A stretch of 57,992 nt of DNA, counting the filler, from Diploschistes diacapsis (lineage: Eukaryota): assembly GCA_023645945.1 (NCBI GenBank). It is 5 parts of 5 records of this genome, joined end to end, with 100 filler letters (N's around TTAATTAATTAA, not from the genome) between each part and the next. Parts side by side here need not be neighbours in the genome. Positions count along the whole stretch, not along the records: positions 1 to 11,545 come from JALAIB010000822.1; positions 11,646 to 23,174 come from JALAIB010000823.1; 3 more parts are not named here. One strand, written 5' to 3'. Made by a program: the position numbers and the translations under genes. Position 1 is the stretch's first letter. The number at the start of each line of letters is the position of its first letter. Under the pieces are notes generated by a model, which worked only from the letters and a program-made list of their open reading frames with translations, was not told the DNA's origin and ran no database searches. This document shows, one piece after another, positions 1-12,510 of the stretch.

Positions 1-1026
1 GGGAGAAGGGAGAAGGGAGAAGGGAATAAGAAAAGATTAGCGGGCTCGGGCTGGGCTGGCCATCCCCAACTTGTCTGCACCTTTTTATTATTGATTGAAT
101 TCTTTTTTTTTTATAAACATTTATCTATTCGTCTCTCTCTATTTATTCTACTCATTTACTTTGATACGTTTTAAAGAATGTGCGGCTAGTAAGCGAGCGA
201 GGCTGATCTGTAGGCTAGAAGTGCTGGTTGGACGATTGGGCGTACTGAACCGGCACTGACCCCCCTGTGGCTGGAAGGGGAAGTGTGCGATGTGAAAAGG
301 TATGATATTGACGGGGAAAAGCCGGATACTGTATCCATTAGATTTGGCTACATGGTTAAGCTGAAACCTTTTTGGGGGAAAAAGGAGGGAGGGGGGGGTG
401 AGAAACCACTTTGGGAGAATCAACTTGGGATGACAGGTCGCAGATCTAAATCACCGAGAAAGCCGCATCGGGGACTCTCCATCTCCTTCTTTCCCCATCT
501 CGGTTCATAAGGAATTGTCGGATGATGGAACGATGTTCTATTCCTTCCCGAATCCCCGTGCTCGAGGTCATGTTGCGACCGGACCGACTGTCCCCCCTTC
601 TCACCAGGTACCATTACCCTCGGCATATAGTAGAGTCAGTAGAACTAGCTTGCCTGCTCGCTTGCTGTTTAAACCCCCCGGAAGCTCAGGGCCGGTTTTT
701 TCTTTCCTTTCCTTCGCTTGCCTTTCCCTTCCCTCATCGACGTAGGCATCGACATCAACATCAACTTCCCTTATCGAAAGCCCGGCCACACCAAGACCCA
801 GTCGAACTGCCGTAAGAGTAGTAGAAACACTCCATTCGCAACCAATGCCATGCAATGCAACGCAATCCAATCCAATCCAACCTCGCTGCCCACGCATCCT
901 CATCTGCTCAAGTGCGAGAAGTATTTCGATGCATGCTTATCCCCCTCATACTTCTCCCCAACCCGAAAATGCAGCTTCGTAAACCGTACGCATCGTAAAG
1001 CCACCCTGACCCTCCTTGGCAGGCTC

Positions 1027-3497
1027 TCACTCCCCTACGTTCCCGCTCATACCGTTCTGCAACGTCGCATGTGGCGGCTGCGGTGCCGGCGGCGGCGACG
1101 ACGGGACACGCGGTTCTTCCTGTCCCAAGAGACCGTTGCCTTCAGCCTGCTGCGCCCAGGGACTCTTGTATGCCGTTGGTGGTGGCGCCGCGGGACGTGG
1201 TGGCGAGATGGTATGTTTGCTAGTCGAGGCTGGCGCTGCGGAAGCTGCGTGGTGGGGTGGATGCGGATGGGGATGATGGGGCTTTGTATGTGAAAGGGGG
1301 GCGAAGGAGCCGATGGGAGGTAATGCTGCTTTTGCGGGCGGAGTGCGTTGGGTGGTGGAATTGAGAGACGCGCTAGGAGGGAGTGCGGTGCCATTTGCTG
1401 AGAGGGGAGATATTGGATGGGGAAGATTGGTGTTTGGTGCGGCGCCGTTGGTAAAGGCAGGGCCGGCTTGAGGAACGAGAGACGACGTGACGGCGGCGGG
1501 CGCGCTGCTGCTGGTAGAGGCTGATGGATGAGAAATTGTAGGTATGGGCACTTGAGAGGCAATGCTGTCAACATAGGCGTGCTCGTCGTATGGCGCTACT
1601 ACAATTGTGGAACCAGAAGGGCTGGATTGAAGATAATTGGGGCTGGAGTGGCCGTTTGTGATGAAACTGTTGCCAGTGGATGCCGGAGTAGCTGTTGGGA
1701 AGATGTTGTTAGGTACTTGGACCTCAATGCTGTCTGAGGGCAGCCTAATCTTCTTGTTCTTGTTCGACGGGGGGGTGACGGACGCTTTGAGACGCAGGGG
1801 TGGGATCTTGGGCTTTTTGGCATCCTCTTCCCTTCGCTTGCAGTGGGCACAGACAAGATGAAAATCGTTCTCTTCGGCCTCCTCCTCGGATATTCCGAGG
1901 CACTTGCTGTGTTGCCACACATAGCACCGCTCGCACGAGACGCTGTGAGAGCCATCATCCTACAGCGAATCAGAAAGAGTCTGACACCCTGCAATTACCA
2001 TACTTACGAGGTTCTCGCCATACGTCCCACACCCCGAGCAGTCAAAAGTCCAGCTCTCTTCTTCCTCGAGCTCCTCGACGGCCTTTCTTTTCCGTTCGAT
2101 GCTCACCTTTACGTTTCGCTCCGAAATTCGGGCCTGTTCCTTCTCCTGCGCTTCGGACAGTTCCTTCAGCTCCTGCTCCTCAAGAAGTTTCTTCGCCTCG
2201 CGCTCCTTGATGCGTTGCTCTCGCGTTAACATGCGGCTCTGACGGTCCTCCTCCATCTGTTTCTGTTTGTCCATAGTTCTCCTAGCCTCTGCTAGCTCCT
2301 GTTTCCTCCTCCGCTCCGATGCCTCAGCCTCCGCAGCCTCGCGCTCCTTTTCTTGCTTGTCTGCAAGCCTACTCGATCTCTTGGCTCGAGACATCTTCTC
2401 TTGCAGGAGCAGCTCCTTTTCCTTCCGCCGGATCTTTTCTTGCCGTCTTTCCTCTGCTTCTTCAAGCACTGGCATAACATCTTTCACCAACCGCTTACAC
2501 AACTGTCTCTCATCGTCGTCCTTACTCTTTTTGAGAGGTTCCATGAAGTTCTGGTAATCCAACAGGGACACCGCGAGGCATTCCCATTGCATACCACCAA
2601 AAAGATCTTCTTCTTCATCTTCTTGAGCTTGTTCGGCCTTTTCTTTCTCTTCTTCCGCAGCAGCTGCTCCTCGCGCGCTAGTTCTTATTCTCTTGTTTGC
2701 ACGGGCAAGAGCTTTGCCAGCCTTGGAGTTGGCTTTGGGTTTCTTTGCAGGTGCAACAGTCGGGGTATCGGTACGTCTGTAGAGCCTGTTGTCATCAAGT
2801 ACATAGTAGAGACGTCTCTCTCTGTCGTATCCGAGTTCCTCCATACGCTAGACATGTGAGCACTGGGTTCGATCAGTGTCGGGACAAGCCTACCCAGAGA
2901 GTTTCATTCTCGCCTTCCGGCATTCTCTCACGGATACGGTCTGGATTGTAAAGAGTCCATTGGGAGAGCTGCCAGAGCACACGGAGCTTGGCGAAGACGT
3001 CAAGGTCGAGAAACTGTTTCGATTCCTGCTCTTCGCCAAACGGGTTGCGGTGTGGGGCTTTCGCTTGGTACTGGCGACGCGTATACTCATCAAACATATC
3101 TAGACTATGGAAACGTCAGACCAAGAATATATCTAGCATGGAGGAGAATGGGATTACTCACGTCAATCCACGATGAGATGAGACGAATTTCAGAAGGCAT
3201 AGGCCAATTTCGGCGAGCTTCGGCGAAGGCTCGGTCGTGAGTAACTCACTTTCAAGCTCCTGCCCGATGGTTAAGGCTAGGTTCATACAAAGGTTGCAAA
3301 AGATAGGATTCATAGGTAAAATATACCTCGGCATCGATCTCTGGATCAATCTTGACCGCCTCGCCAAACAAGTATATGTATTGCATGAGATTCGCAAATT
3401 CCCATTTATTCCGGATCTGCGTGAGCAGACTGGTTGGCTCCGGAGCTGGAGGCTCTGCGGCCTCCATCTCAGCCCGCACGCGCTTGCGCGTGGGCAT
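1027..3497 (-). CDS. PHD-finger chromatin protein with DDT/WHIM-like N-terminus (RSF1/CECR2-like), 5 exons
   Basis: Exons 3497-3327, 3259-3162, 3104-2894, 2847-2008, 1959-1027 join in frame via GT-AG introns. The PHD finger spans intron 4 (FDCSGC..ENL|DDGSHSVSCERCYVWQHSKC..VCAHC). LGYDRERRLYYVLDDNRLY resembles a WHIM motif. Long charged coiled-coil and Pro-rich tail. Confidence 0.85.
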
Positions 3498-4444
3498 TAT
3501 GTGAAAGCTGGAAGTTGGCGCGGTTCAGAGTAACAGTTGGGTTGTGATTATGCGATTATGCGCACGAAAGTCGAAAGTCGATGCTTCCAGAATATACCAA
3601 ATGTAAATGGCTGTTAATGTCGTGAATGGCCTGAGCAATAGGGTAACACGAATGTGGAAGCCTCGACTCGTGCGGAAGCGCGTCAGTGACTGGCGGCAAG
3701 ATTCAGGAACAAATGTCTTCAGCCCTATCATCGGACTTTGGGATAGTCGTCTTCCTAAGCGCCAACCACGACTTTTGACAGATCTCAGATGGACAAAGTT
3801 CGACTTTAGCTCACTCACTTATTTACTATCGAGTGACATTCCAAGACCCTATTTGCCGGATGACACAACATCACATTAGTTTGTTCTACTAAAGAAGCTA
3901 TTTCATATTTGCCTCTCTGTAACTTCCCTCGAAATCATCCTCACTCAACCCCTTCCTAAATCTAGGCTCGCCGTTTCCTGTGAGTGAATAGACAAGTACG
4001 TACAACGTCTTGGCGAAAGCCATTCTCGGTCTCCCCTGTGTGCGTATCTTCACGCTCCATTGTACATCCGCTCAGAGGGTGCTCTATCAGCTTGCAACGC
4101 CGTAAAAAAGGCGTTCGAGAAAACGTCGTGAAGTGTTTTGAGCACAGGACATTGAGATGCGGCCGTATGTATGTAGAAGGCATGGGTGCAGATGGTGGTC
4201 GCTCTCGCTCCCTATTTCGAGAAATCTTCCTTCCGACACAAGACTGAGTATTCAACTCTCCTGTTTGGTGGCTCTGCAACATCAGTATCAGTAGCGTGAA
4301 GTATTGCTGCCCATAGGCACTGACAGCATTTGCCATATGGAATACTCTCTCGATTCTTCTCATCAATGAGTATTTTGCCTATAATATCCAGCGCCAGAAC
4401 CACTCGCTTTCTTGGCTCGTCCACGACTTGCTCATCCCCAGTCC

Positions 4445-6187
4445 CTACCGCCCACTCAATCTCCCAGACCTCCTCCTTCCTACTTCTGCCGGTGGGGGCG
4501 CTTCCTCTACCTTCTTGGCTCTCCCTTTCGTTTTCGCCTGCGCGCTTCCCTTTTCGACGTTCGCTCCTGCGAGCGCCTCAGTACCACTGGCCCCTTCCAC
4601 CTTCCGCCTCTTGTTGCTCACTCCCTTCTGTGTCTTTGCATTACTTGCTTTCTTGTCCTTCACGACCTCGTCCTGTTCATCGCCATCCTCCTCGTCAAAG
4701 ACTTCCTCCGGCTCGGTAGCAGCTGCTCTGCGACCTCTCCGCGTATTGGCCCTTATTTGCACCGGACCGTTTGCCTCTGCTTGCCGCTTGGTGATGCTGC
4801 GCTTTGCGGTCTTTGCTTCATCTTCAGTTGGGGATTCCCCATCTGCTGTAATCTTAGCACTGGCCTTAGCTTTGGGGGGTGCTTCTGTGGCCGGCATCCG
4901 CGGGTTGGATCTTCTGCCTTGTCTTGAGGGCTTCTGCTCTTCTTCGGGCTCCTCCTCCTCAACCTCTTTCTCCGTCCCTTCATCCTCTTGTTCCTCGTCG
5001 GCTTTCCTCTTTCCATTTCCCTTTGTACTACTCTTGCCCTTTCGGCTGGACTTATTAGCTTTAGCATCTTCGCCCTTTACGTCTCCCGCCACAGGCCCCG
5101 TCTTCTTCTGCACCGTCGGCACCACCGCGCTCGTCCTCCCGCCCACCGTGAGAAAAACGATTTTCTCCCCATTCGGTAACCTGTTGGTCGCATCCTTCTT
5201 CCCCTTCTCCCACCTGTACTTAAACAGCCACTCCTCCGGAAACTTTGAACTATCCGCCAAGACCTCGCAGCTCAACCCACAGACATAATGCAGACTCTTG
5301 TGCAGCTGCTTGATCTGCGCCCCGCTCAGCGTGTTCGCATACTGCTCCGGATGTATCTTCGCATCGTACAGCAGCTCGTCCCCGACCCAGTTCCCGATCC
5401 CGGAAATGTTGGCCTGGTCCAACAGCAGCGCCTTTATCGGCGCACGCCTGCTCACGCACAGCTCCCGCAGCCAGTCTTCCGTGACCACGTCCCTGTCAAC
5501 GACCGGGTCCGGCCCATTCTCCTTCAGCGGGCTCACATTCCGGACGTCGTCCGCCGCGCAGTCAAGCAGGCGCACGCGCGCGAAGCGGCGAAAATCGACA
5601 AACGCCGCTTGCACGCCGTCCTCCGTCCGGAGGGCGAATTTCCAGTATCTCGGCGGCCACTCGTCGTCGGGCGCCTTGGAGGAGGAGGTCTTGGGCTTGA
5701 AGTAGGCGGTCGGCGTGCCGCGGATGTGGAACCAGCCGGCCATGCCGAAGTGACAGAGGGGATGGGGCGGCGAGGACATTGTCATCCTTGGTTTTTTGCG
5801 TCAAGTCAGTCTTTGGGGGATCGGGGGTTACATATATATTTTTGCGACTGCGTCTCCTGCCCCATGTAGCCCGTACCAAAGCGCACGCGCGCGCGCGCGC
5901 GCCCCCATGTTGACTCACCAAAAGTATTTCCCCTGCTGGCCGGCCCCCGCGATTTTCTTGCCCGTGAGCTGCTTCTCGAACTCGGCGGCAGACGTGCCGA
6001 CCTTGCCGAACACATTTTCGTCGTGCTGCGCCTTGACGCTCGCCAGCGTTTTGCCGACGAGGTGCTTGCGGATGAAATCGACGATGCGCGCGACTTGTAG
6101 AGAGTTAGCTGTTGGCCTTTTTCTTGATCGCAAGTGTTCAAGAGGGGGGGGGGCAAAGGGGAATTTACCTTCGCCTATTTCAGGCAT
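4445..6187 (-). CDS. fpg: Formamidopyrimidine-DNA glycosylase (fungal/plant-type Fpg/Nei), 3 exons, long charged C-terminal tail
   Basis: N-terminal MPEIGE (catalytic Pro-Glu), QGKYFW, HFGMAG, DFRRFARV and H2TH motif KALLLDQANISGIGNWVGDE. Exons 6187-6169, 6093-5919, 5786-4445. Confidence 0.93.
5881..5902. repeat. (GC)n alternating dinucleotide tract in Fpg intron 2
   Basis: gcgcacgcgcgcgcgcgcgcgc. Confidence 0.9.
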
Positions 6188-6233
6188 TTCAGCGGTTTCG
6201 CGTATCGGCAGGGAAAAGTATGTGGGGGCTAGT

Positions 6234-6263
6234 AGGAGGAGGAGGAGGAGGAGGAGGAGGAGG
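6234..6263. repeat. (AGG)10 microsatellite upstream of the Fpg start codon
   Basis: Direct reading of the sequence. Confidence 0.95.
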
Positions 6264-6853
6264 AGAGAAATGAAGTTATATGCAAAATGCAGAATCTCTC
6301 TGTAGGCAGCGGAGAACTTGCGCTTGGGAGATGGCGTTCACGCGCCGGCGGCCAGTCAATGATGTAAGGAGGCTTTCAGGTGAAACTTCTCAATTTGGTA
6401 GAAACCCCAGGCCATCGAGAAGCAAATCGTCTCAGCGATTAAAGTCAAGGATCATAGTATCGTATGTGCAGACATGTGAAAGGTCGAGATTTAAAATAAA
6501 ATTGGACCAAGACATCTGTGCTTGCACTCGATGTATTTCGTTTATCTATATATTCTATAGGAAGTTGTAAAGTCCCCTTTCCAGATACCAGTCATGCTGC
6601 GATGATTCACTGAGATCTCGCCTGACCCTTGTTGCTTCGTTAGGTAGGCTTCATCGTCCATGATTCTCTAAGCTGTTCCTGCACGCTTTTTTTTTGCAAG
6701 CAGAGGTTGCAGCCCTTTTGCCGTCCCTTCCCCCAATACATATACGCATACCCAACCATTACCTATCTTTTTAACGTTAGCCCAAGAATACCCAGAAAAG
6801 CCACGTTCAATCACCCCCGCTCTTTGCCGTTTTCTTAGCTCTTGACGACCTTC

Positions 6854-8328
6854 TCAATCATCGTACGCAATCCCATTTTGCTCCGGCACTCGCGTGACCA
6901 GTCTCTTTTCCATCAGCGCGCTCTTGATATTCGCGACTACCACTTTCTCCATGGCAGTCTGCGTCTCGACGGTATACGTGCCCATATGCGGCAGCAGCAG
7001 TACTTTTTCATTCTTCACAAGTCCGGGGTGCACCTCGGGCTCGTTCTCGTAGACGTCGAGTCCGACGCTGGATACGGTTCCCTTGTCGAGCGCCGCCACG
7101 AGTGCAGATTCATCCATAACGGCGCCACGGGCGGTATTGACAATGACTATGCCGGCTTTCATCTGATCGAACTGCTTGTGGGAAATGATATGGCGAGTTT
7201 GGGGCTGAGATGTAGGTTAGAAAGCAGCAAGATTGATCTTCTAGCGAGCGATTGCAGACGAGCTATAACTAGCGCTAGAGGCTAGTCTGGCTTTAACTTA
7301 CGTTTAAGGGTAGATTCAAGCTCAGCACGTCGCTTTGCTTCAACAGCTCCTCGAAGCCCACGTATGAGGCCCCCCCTTCCTCCTCCGGCTCCAGCTTCCT
7401 TCTATTGTGGTAGATAATCTTCATCCCGAATGCCTGCATCTTGCGCGCTATGTTCTTCCCGATCCCTCCCATGCCCAAGATCCCAAGGACCTTACCCTCG
7501 GGGTCATGTCCCAGGGGAGGGGGTGTGTTGCCCCGCCACTGTCCTTTCCGGAGGTTCAGTATGGATGCATTGAAGTTACGCAGAGCTCCTATGATGAGAA
7601 AGACGGCATTATCGGCGGTGGCATTATCAACAGCGCCAGGCACGTTGGAGACGTGGATCTTGTGCTTTGTGCAGGCGGGAACGTCGATTTGGTCGTAGCC
7701 GGCGCCTGGAACGAGAATATTAGTTTCAAAGGCTCCAGTGCTAGGCGGATACACTGAGAAGAAAAAACTAAGTCTGCGATTCCTCAATGCCCTACAGGAA
7801 GGTATGCGACAAGGCACGTCGTCGTTGGGCGCATTGTTGGGCGATCGATCCAGCACAGCTCGTATAGGAGCACGTACCATTGTGGCATATGAACTTCAAG
7901 CTCTTAGGCAACGCGCTTACCAACTCCTCATCGACTCCGCCAGTGATCGAAGCGCTTCCAAAGGTGCGATATATGGCAACTGTTCCATCGAGGGCCCCGC
8001 TCTTTGCTTTTTTTATGAAATCCGCTCTGTTCTTCGATTTTGGCTCGATGAGTTCCGCATGTTCTGACAGCGCTTCGTACTCCTTCCTGGCAGGCTCACT
8101 AAAACGCTGTGTGAGTCTAATGAATTTTGCTCGGGTATCTTTAGATTCTGCGTAGAACATGGAAGAAAGACTAACTGAATAACTAGTGATATGCAGATTA
8201 CAGATTCATTGGTGCTAATCAGCAGTAAAGGACATCGTGGAAGTGAGCTCCTGCTTAAGAAGCTGGTAAGGAAAACAACCCACTTACTGGTCAATGGACC
8301 CGAGAAGCAGCACCTTTGGCTTAGCCAT
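6854..8328 (-). CDS. D-isomer-specific 2-hydroxyacid dehydrogenase (glyoxylate reductase / D-mandelate dehydrogenase-like), 4 exons
   Basis: Exons 8328-8288 (MAKPKVLLLGSIDH), 8098-7878, 7705-7302, 7204-6854. Motifs HNGAGYDQID, GILGMGGIG, VNTARGAVMDE, GLDVYENEP, LLPHMGT. Confidence 0.93.
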
Positions 8329-9651
8329 GGCGAGCTGCAGCCTTATTCTAGCAGCGTGGTTGAAATATGCGGCAGTGGAGACTGAAAATTTGAAGATGAG
8401 GACGGGCAGAGGGAAGAGAAGGCAAAGATAAACTCAAGGCCTTTAAGAATCAAGAAAAAAAATGAAATGACTTATGCTTATCTAGATTCAAGATTGTGTA
8501 GCGTGGTTATCGTGCGTTATCGAGTTGGAGAAATTCACCTAACAGGATCTATGAAATGACAAGCAAGTAACTTCCGACATGATGCTAAACAGCAATCTAG
8601 TTCTGTCGCAAGGGGAATGACATCTCTTCCCCAGTATTTGCAATGTGGGTTGAACCAGACGAAGCTAAGTTAGTTTTCCAAGTGTTGTGGTGCAATTGGA
8701 AGTGAAAAATTTCAAGTTTCTTGGGACAGGCGGAGGTTGGAGGAATTGACCTTGAGATCATTATGCGTTGACGTACTGTACCATGCTAAACTAAACTACC
8801 CGTTCTGGCTGCCCTGAAATACGTGTATATAGTTCATTCATGTGGGAGTGGTTGCTTATCGTCCACAGCCAAATCTCTTGCTACTGACTAGGGGATCAAG
8901 ATTTACCCTGAGTTTCCGAGGCCACGGAAGGATATTCTCAAAATATTGGTGTTCGGATTTGCAATCCTTCGTCTTTCCAGTGGGACCCATATTTCTCACG
9001 CCAGAGATAAAATCGCTGGCATACACATCGCTCCCCATTACCTCGTAGCTAAACGGTCGAGCCGTTCTCTGGTTTTGCTGGCGGCATCTAGCTAGCGGCA
9101 TAAAGCGCTCTCAAGTATCAGAGAATCATAACCCAATGCCTGTCTATCAAGTATCGGAGCGGCAACGACCATCCCCCACTGTAGCATCTGCAAGCGATGT
9201 ATCCTTAGCTGATGCGGCTTGTAATTGATCCTGCCCTTCGCATGGGCAACACCCCTCTGCTCGGTATGTCAAGTCTTGATCCCCAGAAGGACCTGATCGT
9301 CGTGGAGCTGGCTTCGAAGGATAAGACGCGAAGAGAAGCATCGCGCTGGATTCGCCGTCTTAATCCAACTTCATTTGTGCTCCATGCTGAGGGTATGCAT
9401 TTTCGTGGAACAAATCGTCTTCGTAGAACAATTTAGACGGGCTTTTAAGTCCATATATTATGATGTATCAGAAAGGCAATAGAAGTGTTCCGTGACAGTG
9501 CTTGGCCTGCCCGATAGGGCTAGCTTCAAAACAGGCATTTACAGCCATTTTCAGCAGCTTCGGTAGCTAAATAGGGGTAATACCGGTGGTGCTGCTCGTG
9601 GCTGTCGATGTGAGCCCATAAAGCCACTCCTGGCTTTCAGTCGCTGCTTGA

Positions 9652-10920
9652 CTATGCCGTATTGTGATGGGCCATATCAAAAGCATCGTAAGGATAATAG
9701 GGTCCACCAGGATGCGACGGTTCGTAGTGAGTCGCTTCTGTAGCCTAAGAACGGAGTCAGGGCAGGAGATCCACAGTAACAACGTAGTCCAACTTCTTAT
9801 ACAGCAAATGGATTTCTCACATTCAAGTCATACTTACAGATACCATCTTGTCTCCCTCTATCCGCACCTCCCTGTCCCGGAGCTGGCGCATCAAGCCCAG
9901 GAAACTGCTCTGCTGGAACTTGGAGTTCGGCTCGTGCTTCAAGGTGTCCAGCAGCTGGCCTGCAGTGCGAGCCAGCTCGTCGGATTCCGCTTCCGGGCTC
10001 AGGTTCTTTTGCGCCGGAATCGTGTCGGAGCCGATTCTGCGGACATCTTCGACTGGCGCTGGAGAATGTACGCCAAAATCTTCTCTCGCTAGTCGGAGTT
10101 CTGAAAATTGAGCAACTGCATCTGCATCCTGTCTGTCCAGGCCGAGCGTTGACGCATTCTGATCAAAGTCATATTCGCCCATGATATCTCCCGGATCGGT
10201 ACATGCAAAGCTCATGTCGAAGGTCGGTTGGACAGCATCGTCCGCCCTTTCTTTTCCTTTACTCTGCAAAGCAGATTGCTGTGCGGCGCTGTGCGCGGCG
10301 TCAAAAGCTCGCTCGAATGCTGCTTCATCAAAGTCAAGGTGTTCGGGGGGCGCCTGCTGCGGTTGCTGTTGCTGCAGCATGGGAAACTCGTAGTTCATCA
10401 TACCGTTCATGTATGACTGACTCTGAAACTGGGACTGCCACCCTGAGCCTGACACTTGATTTGAATGCGAAAATGCTCGTCGACTCTGATGATCCGCTTG
10501 TTCCATAAACTCCGTATGCCATCCATTACCGACGGTATCTTGAAACTCTTCACCTCTTGACTGAAAGCTCGAAATGGCCGGTCGTGGGCTGCTGAGATTC
10601 AGCTGCTGAAAGTCCGAAGCCCAGCTCGACGCGGGATGCTGTGCAGCGAACGGAGATACATGTTGTACTTGCGCCGGAAATTGCGGTTGGTTGAAAGCCT
10701 GCAGAGGCTGCAGCGGAAATTGGTGAGCGTTAAGTGACTTTGGAGCCTGGAAAGCGTGGAACTCTGCATCTAGAGTTCCGGCAAAGGGCGACGATGTCCT
10801 GAATCCTTGCGCAGGAGAATGTCGAGAAACAATGCGGTCTTGCTGGAGGGTGCGATCGACGGAGGTATGCTTCTGGAGATTCTGGATAGGGTTTGAAGGA
10901 CCGCAGAGCGCTTCGGCCAT
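9652..10920 (-). CDS. PEX20: Peroxin 20 (PTS2 co-receptor), 2 exons
   Basis: N-terminus MAEALCGPSNPIQNLQKHTSVDRTLQQDR with the conserved Cys, WxxxF motifs (WASDF, WHTEF) and C-terminal KFQQSSFLGLMRQLRDREVRIEGDKMV. Intron 9837-9745 (GTAAGT..CTGAC..TAG) adds an exon ending HPGGPYYP..HNTA*. Confidence 0.88.
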
Positions 10921-11422
10921 GATGAAAAGAGTCGCAAACGGTGTTGCTAATTCGAGTGTACGAGTGAATAATAAAGATTGATATATATGAAACTAATACA
11001 ATAAAGTAAAGAACATGGAGGAGGCAATCAAGTATTCACCGCTGCTGGATATCATCACAGGCAAAGTGATGACCTCGGAAGACCGCGGTATAAGCCTTCA
11101 GATATGCCTGACTATTAGTGATATGATGAGCTTCAGGGGGCTTCAGTACGGTATAGCTGCCATATACTAATATCTCAGCATGACTTCAAGCGCCAAAGCC
11201 AAGTTGGTCGGCAAGAATAACGAGAGCTATGCTCCGCGATTTCTTGGCATTAACCTCTTCGCTGCTCGGCCCGGACGCGATACACGATTTCGGGCCAAGC
11301 TGTCCTTGCTAGGAAACATTTCAAATTGTCGAGTGCCTGCTGCTGTATAGCCACTACGACCCGTTGACTAGAACCCACCACGCCCCTTTCCTTGCCGTCT
11401 ACTCCCCTTCTCCTTCGCCATC

Positions 11423-11545
11423 ATGGTTAGCTCCCCACTCCTCAAACCACACCAAGAACTCCACTCACCGTACCCACAGGCGCAAGTAATAACAAACTCT
11501 GGCCACGACGACATGATAGTCCGTTCCCCCTCTCCCCCCAAAACC
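11423..11545 (+). CDS. SEC13: Sec13 (COPII / nucleoporin WD40 protein), 5' fragment truncated by the contig end
   Basis: ATG 11423-11425, intron 11426-11479, exon 11480-11518 giving M-AQVITNSGHDDMI (the fungal Sec13 N-terminus that precedes HDAxLDYYG), then a GT donor at 11519. Absent from the ORF track. Confidence 0.8.
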
Positions 11546-11645
11546 NNNNNNNNNNNNNNNNNNNNNNNNNNNNNNNNNNNNNNNNNNNNTTAATTAATTA
11601 ANNNNNNNNNNNNNNNNNNNNNNNNNNNNNNNNNNNNNNNNNNNN
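11546..11645. other. Artificial contig spacer N44-TTAATTAATTAA-N44
   Basis: 100-bp spacer with stop codons in all six frames. Confidence 0.98.
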
Positions 11646-12510
11646 GTGTAGGTTTCCGCGGAAGGTGAGGAGGAAAGGGGGGTTTTGAGGGTAGGGAGAA
11701 AAGTGGAGGAGGTAGGGGACAGAGAAGGAGGATGTGGTAGGGAATGGGCTGTATAGTTGTATAGGATTTTAGATAGGTGCATGTACTTTACAGCAAGTAG
11801 CCTCTAGATATAGACTTCTTCTGAATGACGTCCTATTTACTAGATGTACCTCAGGAGACCTTACCGCATACCACGCTCTTAAGCATCCGCCTAGAGTAGA
11901 TCAACCTACAAATAAGCCACGACTCAACTTGGAGAACTTTCCACAATCACACTTCTATTTAGTACAGCAAGCTTGAGCCATGAAAACCCAACAGCTTAAC
12001 AGCTTAACAACCAGACAGCACAAAGTAGCAAGGTGCTATAGCTAGTCACCTCGAAGCCCGGAGCCGTTCCGATTCAACATTCCGAGTCTTTTTGTAGCAT
12101 CATACAGGAGGTATCGATCAAGGATAAATGAACAAAGAAGAAAGAAAGCAAGTTTTTTGCTTGCGCCTAGCTATCTAAAGGTGTACACACTCCCCCAAAC
12201 CCATCGCTATGTAGACAGATAGATGAAGAGTAAGAGCAAACGCCTGGGTATCCGCTATCCTTCCCCTCCCTCCGCCCCTTGCCTTTTGAATGCTGAATGC
12301 TGGATGCTAAATACCGGCCCATATAGCCGGGTAGTCAAATAAGAAAGATGAAAAGGAAAGGGAAAAGGCCATTGCGCCATAGCTATCGCCACCGCCTTCA
12401 CCCATCAGGTATGGTATTCAAACATGGAAAGCCAAACGAATGCCCAAGCAATAGCAGCTATACCATTCCCAAAAGCGAAGGCCATGTCTCCCCACACCTC
12501 CTCGTTCTTC

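Noticed and set aside
6700..6856. Cryptic PTS1 by stop-codon readthrough in the dehydrogenase next to PEX20
   Set aside because: The stop context is TGA GAA rather than TGA CTA, and the readthrough frame does not end in an SKL-like tripeptide.
8842..9436. Short ORFs between the dehydrogenase and PEX20
   Set aside because: No motif, splice model or codon bias that I can support.
11067..11111. C/D-box-like pair (GTGATGA..CTGA) between PEX20 and SEC13
   Set aside because: Only 45 nt long, too short for a snoRNA, and no recognisable guide sequence.
11590..11601. Repeated TTAATTAATTAA at regular ~11.6-kb spacing as a biological repeat, CRISPR-like unit or piggyBac TTAA site
   Set aside because: It is embedded in N runs and is a synthetic six-frame stop linker.
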